A stretch of DNA of 32,000 bases from Nanoarchaeum equitans Kin4-M (lineage in GTDB: Archaea; Nanobdellota; Nanobdellia; Nanobdellales; Nanoarchaeaceae). Each line of letters opens with the position of its first letter. Positions within the stretch are counted from its first letter, which is position 1. Where the stretch lies: assembly GCA_000008085.1 (NCBI GenBank), contig AE017199.1:270001-302000 (forward strand), written 5' to 3'. The notes below the pieces were generated by a model. It had not been told where the DNA came from and searched no databases. It saw nothing but the letters and a program-made list of their open reading frames with translations. Shown piece by piece: positions 15,479-23,480 of the stretch. Made by a program: the position numbers and the translations under genes.

Positions 15479-17584
15479 ATGCTTAGGCTAGAGGAAATAG
15501 ATTTGGATACTATTAAAAAGGAATTGGACGAAGAAAGGAAAAAAGTTGAAGAAATTATGAAAGGAAATATTCCAACAGAAATAAAAGATCTTATTAAAAT
15601 GGTATTGTTTATTGTGGAATCCCCAAACAAAGCTAGAACTATAGCTAATTTCTTTGGCAAACCTTCTGTAAGAAGGATAGGAAATATAAAAGCTTACGAA
15701 ACCACAACAGGTAAATATATATTAACGATAGTTGCCACAAAGGGACATCTATTTGAATTAACATTAAAGGAAGAAGGTGTTTATGGCGTATTAAAAGAAA
15801 AAGAGTATGTACCGATTTTTTCCCCAATAAAAAAATGTTTAGATTGTGGGCATCAATTTGTTGACGAAGATAAATGTCCAAGATGTGGGTCTGAAAATAT
15901 AGATGATGCCAGCGATAGGATTAAGGTTTTAAGAGATTTGGCCCAAGAAGCAGATATAGTTTTGATCGGAACCGACCCCGATGCGGAAGGGGAAAAAATA
16001 GCTTATGATGTTTATAGCATTATAAGACCATACAATAAAAACATCTATAGGGCAGAATTCCACGAGGTAACTAGGCAAGCTATTATAAAAGCATTAGAAG
16101 AGATAAGGGATATAAATACAAATAGAGTTAAAGCCCAATTGGTTAGAAGGATAGAAGATAGATGGATAGGGTTTGCTCTATCTCAAAGATTATGGAGTAG
16201 GTTTAAGAAAAAAACTTTGTCCGCTGGAAGAGTACAAACCCCGGTATTGGGCTTTATAATAAAAAGGTATGAAGAATATAAAAAGAATAGAGCCCATTAT
16301 TATGCTGTAAAAACCAGTGATTTTGAAGTAACTTTCATTAGCGACGATCCCTTAGAAAAATATGATAAAACAATAAAAATAGAGAAAATAGAAGAAAAAG
16401 AAAGCGAAAAGAAACCTTTGCCTCCTTATACTACAGATAGTTTATTAAGAGATGCCGTAATAGAGCTAAGATTAAGCGTTGATAAAATAATGGCTTTAGC
16501 TCAAAACCTATTTGAATGGGGTTTAATTACCTACCATAGAACAGATTCAACACATATATCTAATTTGGGAATCCAAATAGCGCAAACATATATAGAAAAT
16601 ACTTTCGGTAAGGAATATTTTTATCCTAGACATTGGGGAGAAGAAGGCACACACGAAGCTATTAGGCCTACTAAACCAATAGATACCGAAACCTTAATAA
16701 AAATGCTAAGAGAAGGCGATATTCAAATACAAGGTATAACTAAAGAGCATATTAGGTTGTACGATCTAATTTTTAGAAGGTTTATAGCGAGCCAAATGAA
16801 GCCATTTATTGCTATAGAAACCAAATTTAATGCTGTATGGTCTAACTTAAATACAACAATAGAAGGCATTACAGATATAAAAGAGAATGGGTGGAATTTA
16901 ATTAAACCGATTAAATTGTTAGCAATAAAAGAAGGGGAATACGAAGTTATTGATGTTAAACATTGGATTGGCTCTAAAGTTCCATTGTATACTCAAGCGG
17001 ATGTTATTGAATTAATGAAAGAGCAAAACATTGGAAGGCCTTCAACATATGCAACAATAGTTAAAAAGCTCTTTGAGAGATATTATGTAATAGAAAAAAA
17101 CCAAAGGCTAATACCAACAGAGAGGGGCATAAAAGTATACCAATATTTAACAGAGAGGTTTGGCCATTTAGTTGATGTAAAATTAACTGCGGATTTGTTA
17201 GAAAAAATGGATAGAATAGAAAATGGCGAACTGGATTACATGGATGTATTAAGATCTTTTAAAAAAGAGCTAATAGAAATATGGAAAACGAAAGAAACCA
17301 AATATATTGCAGATGGAATATATAAATGGAAAGAATATTCTGTGCCTGCAATAGTTTATGAGAGGTATGAAAAAATACTAAAAAGGAAAAAGGTTTATCC
17401 TGAATATCTAACACCATGGTCTAGGGCTATTTATAATGCTTTACCATTAGATAATGAAATAGAAAAACAAACATTGGCTTTAGCAATAGAGAAAGACTTT
17501 GAAATACTAACTAAAAAACCTATACTTAGAGAATACAAAAAGAAGTATGAACATTTAAAGAATTTGGTCGACCAACTATTATAA
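15479..17584 (+). CDS. rgy: reverse gyrase, topoisomerase (type IA) half only; no helicase domain is encoded here (split gene)
   Basis: Reverse-gyrase-type Toprim start [21 protein letters not shown]. Inserted zinc finger [33 protein letters not shown] acidic cluster. Active-site [31 protein letters not shown]. The ORF begins only about 40 aa before Toprim. Confidence 0.85.
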   Translation: MLRLEEIDLDTIKKELDEERKKVEEIMKGNIPTEIKDLIKMVLFIVESPNKARTIANFFGKPSVRRIGNIKAYETTTGKYILTIVATKGHLFELTLKEEGVYGVLKEKEYVPIFSPIKKCLDCGHQFVDEDKCPRCGSENIDDASDRIKVLRDLAQEADIVLIGTDPDAEGEKIAYDVYSIIRPYNKNIYRAEFHEVTRQAIIKALEEIRDINTNRVKAQLVRRIEDRWIGFALSQRLWSRFKKKTLSAGRVQTPVLGFIIKRYEEYKKNRAHYYAVKTSDFEVTFISDDPLEKYDKTIKIEKIEEKESEKKPLPPYTTDSLLRDAVIELRLSVDKIMALAQNLFEWGLITYHRTDSTHISNLGIQIAQTYIENTFGKEYFYPRHWGEEGTHEAIRPTKPIDTETLIKMLREGDIQIQGITKEHIRLYDLIFRRFIASQMKPFIAIETKFNAVWSNLNTTIEGITDIKENGWNLIKPIKLLAIKEGEYEVIDVKHWIGSKVPLYTQADVIELMKEQNIGRPSTYATIVKKLFERYYVIEKNQRLIPTERGIKVYQYLTERFGHLVDVKLTADLLEKMDRIENGELDYMDVLRSFKKELIEIWKTKETKYIADGIYKWKEYSVPAIVYERYEKILKRKKVYPEYLTPWSRAIYNALPLDNEIEKQTLALAIEKDFEILTKKPILREYKKKYEHLKNLVDQLL

Positions 17585-17592
17585 CTTTAAAT
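17585..17592 (+). promoter_or_regulatory. TATA box for rpl7ae (ctttaaat)
   Basis: Ends 21 nt before ATG 17613. Confidence 0.6.
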
Positions 17593-17612
17593 CAATCCCT
17601 ATTTTTCTTCAG

Positions 17613-17990
17613 ATGGCTGAGAAACCACCATATGTAAAGTTTGAAGTTCCAGAAGAGTTAGCAAATAAGGTCTATGAACTGGTTAGAAAAGCCAGAGAGA
17701 CCGGAAAAATAAGGAAAGGAACCAACGAGACAACTAAAGCTGTAGAGAGGGGACAAGCTAAACTAGTTATAATAGCAGAGAATGTTAACCCTCCAGAAAT
17801 AGTAATGCATTTGCCAGCATTGTGCGAAGAGAAAGGTGTACCATATGTTTATGTCCCATCCAAGGAAGAATTAGGTAAAGCAGCGGGAATAAATGTTAGT
17901 GCTGCTTCCGCAGCTATAATAGATGCAGGAGAAGCAAAAGACTTGTTAGAAGAAATTATTAGAAGTGTACAAGAACTAAAAGCTAAATGA
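17613..17990 (+). CDS. rpl7ae: ribosomal protein L7Ae (K-turn binding; a component of C/D and H/ACA RNPs)
   Basis: [57 protein letters not shown]. Confidence 0.95.
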   Translation: MAEKPPYVKFEVPEELANKVYELVRKARETGKIRKGTNETTKAVERGQAKLVIIAENVNPPEIVMHLPALCEEKGVPYVYVPSKEELGKAAGINVSAASAAIIDAGEAKDLLEEIIRSVQELKAK

Positions 17991-18427
17991 AATGCCCTGT
18001 TTGTGGCAATAAATTAGAAACTATTGAAACTGTAAAAGAGATTCCTTATTTTGGAAAAGTTCTAATTAGTACATTAAAATGCAACAAATGTGGGTGGAAA
18101 GATACTAAAATTTACATATTGGAAAGCAAGCCTCCGGTAGAGTTCAAATATACAATAAATAAAGATAATTTAGGGAAACTATTTGTTCTAAGCGAGGGCA
18201 CAACAATTAATATACCAGAGTTAGGCATTACATACAAATCTGTTGGAGAAAATAAAATTACGACATTAGAAGGCTTAATAATGGACATAATCGATAGGCT
18301 AAAAATATTAAAAGATGAAAAAGTTAAAGAATTGGAAAAAATTTTAGAACAAGTCAAAGAAGGTAATAGATCCCTAGATATAGAAGTTAGGGATGAATTA
18401 GGGCTATCTAAGGTATTGGATTGGTAA
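17987..18427 (+). CDS. ZPR1-type zinc-finger protein (archaeal C4 zinc finger, COG1779-like)
   Basis: CPVCG...(20 aa)...CNKCGW followed by a beta-rich ZPR1-like domain. ATGA overlap with the rpl7ae stop. Confidence 0.7.
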   Translation: MKCPVCGNKLETIETVKEIPYFGKVLISTLKCNKCGWKDTKIYILESKPPVEFKYTINKDNLGKLFVLSEGTTINIPELGITYKSVGENKITTLEGLIMDIIDRLKILKDEKVKELEKILEQVKEGNRSLDIEVRDELGLSKVLDW

Positions 18428-18622
18428 TTTGTTTTGCTCTTTGAATTTAACTAGCCTTACTAAATAACCCGCTATTTGGTTTCTGAATTTTTTTGATACT
18501 TTCTTTAATAGGGCTTGGACTAGTTTTTTGTTTTTTTCAAAATCTTTGGTCCATATATCGGGATATCTTTTAAATAGTTCTAAAGCAGTCCTTTTTACTA
18601 CTTTTATTTTTACTCTACCCAT
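18404..18622 (-). CDS. rps17e: ribosomal protein S17e
   Basis: MGRVKIKVVKRTALELFKRYPDIWTKDFEKNKKLV...SKKFRNQIAGYLVRL. Confidence 0.85.
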   Translation of the reverse strand: MGRVKIKVVKRTALELFKRYPDIWTKDFEKNKKLVQALLKKVSKKFRNQIAGYLVRLVKFKEQNKLPIQYLR

Positions 18623-18642
18623 GTGAAGTAATACAATTTAGC

Positions 18643-18650
18643 TTTATAAA
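18643..18650. promoter_or_regulatory. perfectly palindromic shared TATA (TTTATAAA) for rps17e (-) and the 18671 ORF (+)
   Basis: Its centre at 18646.5 is exactly midway between ATG 18622 (-) and the in-frame ATG 18671 (+), with 21 nt on each side. ATG 18653 would lie inside the promoter. Confidence 0.65.
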
Positions 18651-18670
18651 TTATGGGTTTACAAAATGGA

Positions 18671-18898
18671 ATGACAAACGAAGGTATCGTAAACGCCCCA
18701 GTAACAAGAGATGACTTAGAAAAAGCAGTACCAGGTAAAGGTAAATTAATTAGAGAGATAAAACTAATACTTAGAGTTTATGACAATAATTCATTAGAAG
18801 TTAAAGTTGAAGGAGTAACAAGTACATTCGAAATAATAGGTGCTGCAGATATAATAAAAAGAATAGTAGAGAGCAACTTGTCTCCACAAAGGCAATAG
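18671..18898 (+). CDS. hypothetical protein (75 aa from ATG 18671; 81 aa if from 18653), in frame with and directly abutting the topoisomerase fragment
   Basis: ORF ending in TAG 18896-18898. Promoter geometry favours 18671. The C-terminal part (RVYDNNSLEVKVEGVTSTFEIIG) weakly resembles the topo IA domain II strands that precede the GW(L/T)KVY motif. Confidence 0.5.
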   Translation: MTNEGIVNAPVTRDDLEKAVPGKGKLIREIKLILRVYDNNSLEVKVEGVTSTFEIIGAADIIKRIVESNLSPQRQ

Positions 18899-19417
18899 TT
18901 GGATTGGCTTAAATTATATAAAGAATTCTATAAATTTGAGGACAACCCTTTTAAAGAGGGGCAAACCATAGAAGGACAAGCAAAAATAATTAAAGAGAAA
19001 ACCAAACCCCCAGCAAGGTATAATGAAGCAACCCTATTAAAAAAGATGGAATCCTTGAATTTGGGCACAAAAAGCACTAGGGCTTTAATTATTGATATTT
19101 TATTCAAAAGAAACTATGTTAAGGGCAAATCTATCTATATTACCCCCTTGGGGGAAAAGGTTATAGAAGTTTTTGAAAAATACTTACCTCAAATTATTGA
19201 TGTTGAATTAACAAGAAAAATGGAAGAATATTTAGAAAAAATAGAGAAAGGCCATTTAGAATATAGAGAAAAAGCTATTGAAGAAGCAAAACAAATAATA
19301 AAAGAAGTTACTAAAGAAATAAAAGAAAAAGAAAAAGAGATTGGGAAAGAGCTTTATGATGTTTATCTTAAAGCTCGTAATTCACAGGACTCTCGCTCCC
19401 GCAAGCGTGGCACTTAA
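18899..19417 (+). CDS. topA: type IA DNA topoisomerase (Topo I/III) C-terminal fragment (domain II/IV piece); a split-gene half
   Basis: DWLKLYKEF...KPPARYNEATLLKKMESLNLGTKSTRALIIDILFKRNYV...ITPLGEKVIEVFEKYLPQIIDVELTRKMEEYLEKIEKG matches topo IA domain IV. No Toprim domain or catalytic Tyr is present. There is no ATG before the conserved motif; the only candidate start is TTG 18899, immediately after the upstream TAG. Confidence 0.75.
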   Translation: MDWLKLYKEFYKFEDNPFKEGQTIEGQAKIIKEKTKPPARYNEATLLKKMESLNLGTKSTRALIIDILFKRNYVKGKSIYITPLGEKVIEVFEKYLPQIIDVELTRKMEEYLEKIEKGHLEYREKAIEEAKQIIKEVTKEIKEKEKEIGKELYDVYLKARNSQDSRSRKRGT

Positions 19418-19787
19418 TATAATATATTTTTCTCCCCCTTTCTATTAATTCGGTATCGGGTCTTTTGCATACTGGACATATAACGAAAATATTAATGAAT
19501 TCGTCGAGTTTTTTCTTTATTGTTTCGTAAGAAACCCTTTTATTTATTATTAAGCTATTCCCTTCTATAATGGTTTGAACAAATAATTCTTTGCTAAAGA
19601 ATTTGGCTATTATCTTTGGATCTCTGTTTAGATAATTGGCAATTTGCTTAAAATTGGTTATAATAGTTCGGTTTTTTACATATTCTATATGTGGGATAGG
19701 AGGATTCCAACGAATTTGTTCTTGTTTAATGACATCCTTCAATTTTTGGTAGGCCCTTTCTAATAATTCAAAATAATTATATTCCAT
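19368..19787 (-). CDS. eif2b: translation initiation factor aIF2 beta subunit
   Basis: NRTIITNFKQIANYLNRDPKIIAKFFSKEL... and a C-terminal zinc ribbon CPVCKRPDT...CHACGS. TATA atttaaaa (19815..19808) ends 21 nt upstream. Confidence 0.9.
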   Translation of the reverse strand: MEYNYFELLERAYQKLKDVIKQEQIRWNPPIPHIEYVKNRTIITNFKQIANYLNRDPKIIAKFFSKELFVQTIIEGNSLIINKRVSYETIKKKLDEFINIFVICPVCKRPDTELIERGRKIYYIKCHACGSESPVNYEL

Positions 19788-19795
19788 TGGGTTTT

Positions 19796-20425
19796 CTATT
19801 GGTTCTCTTTTAAATTCTTTATTTCATTATAAAGGCTCTCTATTAATGCCCAATTTTTTAGCAATTTTCTATTGGCTTCTTCAACCAAAACTTTAATATA
19901 TTCCTCGCTAACTAGATGTTTGTTTTTGTATACAATAGTTTCAATTCTGTCGTGGCCCATAATATACAGAATTACCCTTTCAAATCCATATTTTTTGTTA
20001 TTTACTTCGTATTTGTCGTAATATATTTGGTCTGACAATTTTATATTAAATAAAGCGCTATATTTCAATCCAAGCTTTTGGGCTATAGATAATAGTTTTA
20101 GCCCATCATACAAAGTTCGAGCCTGTATATGTATAATAAAAGGTTCAAACTTAAATATCAAAGGCTTTTCTCCTTTGTAATTTATATAATATTCATATAG
20201 CTCTTCCGCTTTAACTGGATAATGGCTTTTGAATAATGGATAGCTATTGTATTTTTTACCCCCTTCTACAAATAAAGAGATTCTCCCGGAACAACTGGAT
20301 AAAGTAAAATAATTATCAAAACTATTTATTAAATCTAATAAAGGAATTATAGGTTTATCCACATAGCCTAATTGTTTTTCTCTCTCTAGTCTTTCAAGGA
20401 ATTGCTTTTTTAGTTCATCAAACAT
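19796..20425 (-). CDS. taw3: tRNA wyosine-derivative methyltransferase Taw3/TYW3-like
   Basis: N-terminal FDELKKQFLERL...GYVDKPIIPLLDLINSFDNYFTLSSCSGRISLF matches the TYW3 signature (..TTSSCSGRI..). Confidence 0.75.
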   Translation of the reverse strand: MFDELKKQFLERLEREKQLGYVDKPIIPLLDLINSFDNYFTLSSCSGRISLFVEGGKKYNSYPLFKSHYPVKAEELYEYYINYKGEKPLIFKFEPFIIHIQARTLYDGLKLLSIAQKLGLKYSALFNIKLSDQIYYDKYEVNNKKYGFERVILYIMGHDRIETIVYKNKHLVSEEYIKVLVEEANRKLLKNWALIESLYNEIKNLKENQ

Positions 20426-20435
20426 TGGGCAAACA

Positions 20436-20453
20436 TTTATAAAATCTTAAAAG
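20436..20453. promoter_or_regulatory. two crossed TATA boxes: tttataaa for rps17 (+) and cttttaag for taw3 (-)
   Basis: 20436-20443 ends 21-22 nt before ATG 20465. The reverse complement of 20446-20453 ends 21 nt before ATG 20425. Confidence 0.55.
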
Positions 20454-20464
20454 TTTATCCCTAA

Positions 20465-20806
20465 ATGAAATTGGCCGAACTAATAGAATTACCAAAAGAG
20501 CAATGCAATGATAAAAAATGCCCACACCATGGACATCTAAAAGTTAGGGGATTCTTCTTTAAAGGAAAAGTAATCAAAAAGAGCGATAACAAAACTGTTA
20601 AAATAGAGATTATTAGATATTATTGGTTACCCAAATATGAGAGATACGAATTAAGAAGAACTAGGATAACAGCGTATTTACCGGAATGCTTAAAAGACAT
20701 AAAAGAGGGAGATTATGTATTAATAGGGGAAACAAGACCATTATCTAAAACCAAACATTTTGTAGTATTAGGCAAGCTAAAGAAGGGTATAGCTCTAACT
20801 CAATGA
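20465..20806 (+). CDS. rps17p: ribosomal protein uS17
   Basis: GKVIKKSDNKTVKIEIIRYYWLPKYERYELRRTRITAYLPE...EGDYVLIGETRPLSKTKHFVVL. Confidence 0.9.
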   Translation: MKLAELIELPKEQCNDKKCPHHGHLKVRGFFFKGKVIKKSDNKTVKIEIIRYYWLPKYERYELRRTRITAYLPECLKDIKEGDYVLIGETRPLSKTKHFVVLGKLKKGIALTQ

Positions 20807-21039
20807 AACCAATAAGGGCTTTCATATTAATACAAGTAAAACCTGGCTACGAAACAAGTGTTGCAGAAACTTTAACTAGTTATGATGAAATTGAAGAGGC
20901 TTATTTAGTTTATGGTGAATGGGACATAGTTGCAAAAGTCAAAGCCCCAACAATTGGGGAACTAAAAGATTTAATTGTGAAAAAGATAAGAACCATTCCT
21001 GGAGTAGAAATGACCTCTACTCTAGTTGTTGTTGAGTAA
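20803..21039 (+). CDS. stand-alone Lrp/AsnC ligand-binding (RAM) domain protein, 78 aa
   Basis: RAFILIQVKPGYETSVAETLTSYDEIEEAYLVYGEWDIVAKVKAPTIGELKDLIVKKIRTIPGVEMTSTLVVV is a typical RAM-domain beta-alpha-beta-beta-alpha-beta pattern. ATGA overlap with the rps17 stop. Confidence 0.8.
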   Translation: MKPIRAFILIQVKPGYETSVAETLTSYDEIEEAYLVYGEWDIVAKVKAPTIGELKDLIVKKIRTIPGVEMTSTLVVVE

Positions 21040-21501
21040 CCTTTCGGAAAAGCTGAAATTATTTATTTTCCCAAGCTCTTTCAATAGAACAAAAATAGAA
21101 TTGGCCATATTTTCTATTAAACTTTTTATGAAAGGTATATTTTTATAGAAATCTTTGAATCTGTCACAATCCTTTTGGCATTCCAAAATTAGTTTATATT
21201 CTTTTAATTCTATCGATATTTCGTTCTTTTTTATAGAGCATTTCATATTTATTTTTATTTTGAATTTATTGCCAAAATCTGGATCAAAATAGATTGTATT
21301 ATCTTTATCTAATTCGCATTCGAAGCTATCTTCGCTAATTTTTAGCTTATTAAAAGATAAATCCTTAAAACCAGGATCAAAATTCTGTTTGAGCCAATTT
21401 ATTAGAAAATTATAGCTATCCAAAACCTTTATATTCCCTTTATATTGAATTTTTATGGAAAAACTTGCTAACTCAGTATCGCTCATTATTCCAATACCCA
21501 T
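21022..21501 (-). CDS. hypothetical protein (159 aa)
   Basis: ORF overlapping the 3' end of the dut-like gene by 29 nt (an alternative Met lies at 21486). No family recognised. Confidence 0.45.
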   Translation of the reverse strand: MGIGIMSDTELASFSIKIQYKGNIKVLDSYNFLINWLKQNFDPGFKDLSFNKLKISEDSFECELDKDNTIYFDPDFGNKFKIKINMKCSIKKNEISIELKEYKLILECQKDCDRFKDFYKNIPFIKSLIENMANSIFVLLKELGKINNFSFSERLLNNN

Positions 21502-21970
21502 TATAAAGCTCTTCTGCTGGCATTAGCATTTGTATAAAAATTAATTGTATCCATGCTTCGTTTATATGAATTTTAGCTTTCTTTGGAAAATAAAATGTTT
21601 GAGTAAATTCCCCTTTATAACCAGGATCAAACAAAGCAGTTTCATATTTTTGGATTCCCAATCTATTTAACGAACTTCTAGGTAATGCTAATGCAACCAT
21701 ATATGGAGGGATAACAACTTCAGGGAACACTACATAATACAAACCTTCATCTAAAACCCAATAATCATCTATAGGTTTTATTTCTTCTAAATTCTCTCTT
21801 AGCTCTACGAATTTATCGTTAATAATAAACCCCCTTTTGTTACCATGTAAATAAATGTAATCGAAATCCTTTATTTTGAATACCTTTTTAGGTTTAACAT
21901 CTATACCCGCAGGGTTTACTTTAACATATTCACTAACAAATTTTTTAGCTATTTTTCCTGGTATAATCAT
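21473..21970 (-). CDS. dut: dUTPase / dCTP-deaminase-superfamily protein (archaeal Dut-like)
   Basis: VNPAGIDVKP..., LPRSSLNRLGIQKYETALFDPGYKGEFTQTF, and AWIQLIF match the dcd/dut trimeric-fold motifs. Confidence 0.65.
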   Translation of the reverse strand: MIIPGKIAKKFVSEYVKVNPAGIDVKPKKVFKIKDFDYIYLHGNKRGFIINDKFVELRENLEEIKPIDDYWVLDEGLYYVVFPEVVIPPYMVALALPRSSLNRLGIQKYETALFDPGYKGEFTQTFYFPKKAKIHINEAWIQLIFIQMLMPAEELYNGYWNNERY

Positions 21971-22908
21971 TTTTCACATTTAGAATAGGATTCGCATATC
22001 GCTTTCCTTAAATCTTCAGTAGTCACTTTCCTAGTATAGATATCTGGATATAACACATCATTTATAAACAATGTGGGGCTCCCTTCTACTTGTTTCTTTT
22101 CTACTAATTCCATATCTTTTAGCAAATATTTTTCTGCTTCCTCTTTAACACATTTTTCTATAACATTCCAATCTATACCCAATTTTTTAGCGGTTTCTTT
22201 AGCTATTTTCTTTAATTTTTCTATATCATTTATTTCAAAAGCATGTTTATTTAACTCAATAACAAAAGAGGCCCATTTCTTTATACCATATTTATTGTAT
22301 ACACAAACTTCATAAGCGCTTTGTAATACCTCTGCTGGCCCATGTAAAGCATAAAAAGTAGTATTTCCTATTTTATAGCCCTTTTGCCCTTGGTATAACG
22401 GTTTGTTATATACCATATAATGGACATGGAAGTCCATTGAGGTATTATTTAGCAAAGGTAGCAATAAGTCCTCTGCTCGATTACCATAGGGACAATTGGC
22501 CATAACATATAAGTCTACTTTTGGAGGGGTATCGCTAACATTTGGTTCAAATATTGGAGTTCTTTTTATATATAAAAATTCCAATTTTCCAATTTTTTGG
22601 GCCGATCCAATTATATAATCATCTACAACGGGTATCTCTACTTCTACTTTGCCTTTCTCACTCTTCACTATAACATCGTACAAACATATAGAACCTTTTT
22701 TTGAAATGCTCTTTATTTCATAATTTTTTGAAGGAAATAGTCTATCCAATATCTCTTTTGAGCAATCCGTTTTTGTGAAACTATAATTATAGGCTGTATA
22801 AGCCGATACAGCCAATATTATCCCTGCTGCTACCCCTATTAATATACTATGCTTATCTAGATTGTTTAAGAAATTTTTTAATTGCTCTTGCCATTTTTTT
22901 ACACTCAT
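21967..22908 (-). CDS. membrane-anchored thioredoxin-fold (DsbA-like) protein with CPYG in place of CxxC
   Basis: N-terminal TM helix ILIGVAAGIILAVSAYTAY. DLYVMANCPYGNRAE. C-terminal VEGSPTLFINDVLY (cis-Pro/GTPT-like region). TATA ctttaaat (22936..22929) ends 21 nt upstream. Confidence 0.55.
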   Translation of the reverse strand: MSVKKWQEQLKNFLNNLDKHSILIGVAAGIILAVSAYTAYNYSFTKTDCSKEILDRLFPSKNYEIKSISKKGSICLYDVIVKSEKGKVEVEIPVVDDYIIGSAQKIGKLEFLYIKRTPIFEPNVSDTPPKVDLYVMANCPYGNRAEDLLLPLLNNTSMDFHVHYMVYNKPLYQGQKGYKIGNTTFYALHGPAEVLQSAYEVCVYNKYGIKKWASFVIELNKHAFEINDIEKLKKIAKETAKKLGIDWNVIEKCVKEEAEKYLLKDMELVEKKQVEGSPTLFINDVLYPDIYTRKVTTEDLRKAICESYSKCEK

Positions 22909-22936
22909 TACAGGATTATAACAGAATAATTTAAAG

Positions 22937-23176
22937 CTATATCTTTAGAGAGATCCCTAAAAGTTTTTTACTAATTCTCTCTATCTCTTCCATAAATACA
23001 TCTTTTTCTCTATCAATTATTATAACGATTTTTTCTTTTGCTAGTCTATCGAAAAACTCCCTGTTTTTCAAATAATAAGGGTATAAAACGATATTTATAT
23101 CTCCTATCTCGTTGCATTTGGCATTTGCCATCTTAAATAATAAACAATCATAAATATTGCCCCACACACTTAGCAT
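22937..23176 (-). CDS. hypothetical protein (79 aa)
   Basis: ORF with TATA-like ttttatta (23204..23197) ending 21 nt upstream of ATG 23176. No family recognised. Confidence 0.4.
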   Translation of the reverse strand: MLSVWGNIYDCLLFKMANAKCNEIGDINIVLYPYYLKNREFFDRLAKEKIVIIIDREKDVFMEEIERISKKLLGISLKI

Positions 23177-23210
23177 TAGCCATTTAAATAATGATATAAT
23201 AAAAACCTAA

Positions 23211-23480
23211 ATGGGCATATTTGATATGTTTAAAAAAGAAGAAAAAGAAAAACCTATTGAAGAGCCAATAGAAGAAAAAATCGATTTGCCTATGCAAGAA
23301 CAAGAACAACAACAAATGCCGTTATATCAATATCCCCAACCTCCCCAACCAAATTTTCAACCCAATGAAGACAAAATAGAGCTAATCCTAGCGAAACTAG
23401 AAACAATAGAAGCCTATATAAAGAATTTAGAGAAAAGGTTGGATACATTAGAATTGTTGTTAAAACAAAGATACTTATGA
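23211..23480 (+). CDS. hypothetical small protein: acidic N-terminus, Pro/Gln-rich linker, C-terminal coiled coil
   Basis: MGIFDMFKKEEKEKPIEEPIEE...QQQMPLYQYPQPPQPNFQP...IELILAKLETIEAYIKNLEKRLDTLELLLKQ. TATA tttaaata (23183-23190) ends 21 nt upstream. Confidence 0.5.
   Translation: MGIFDMFKKEEKEKPIEEPIEEKIDLPMQEQEQQQMPLYQYPQPPQPNFQPNEDKIELILAKLETIEAYIKNLEKRLDTLELLLKQRYL

Noticed and set aside
19380-19412. A GC-rich patch in an otherwise AT-rich region; I considered a hidden structured RNA or a split-tRNA half.
   Set aside because: It encodes the CHACGSESPV zinc-ribbon end of aIF2-beta. Only a 4-bp hairpin can be drawn, and there is no T-arm or acceptor-like motif.
23211-23240. The N-terminus MGIFDMFKK resembles the starts of PspA/IM30 or SepF-type membrane-binding helices.
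   Set aside because: The similarity covers only about 7 residues. The protein (89 aa) is far too short and lacks the rest of either fold. I note it only as a possible amphipathic helix.
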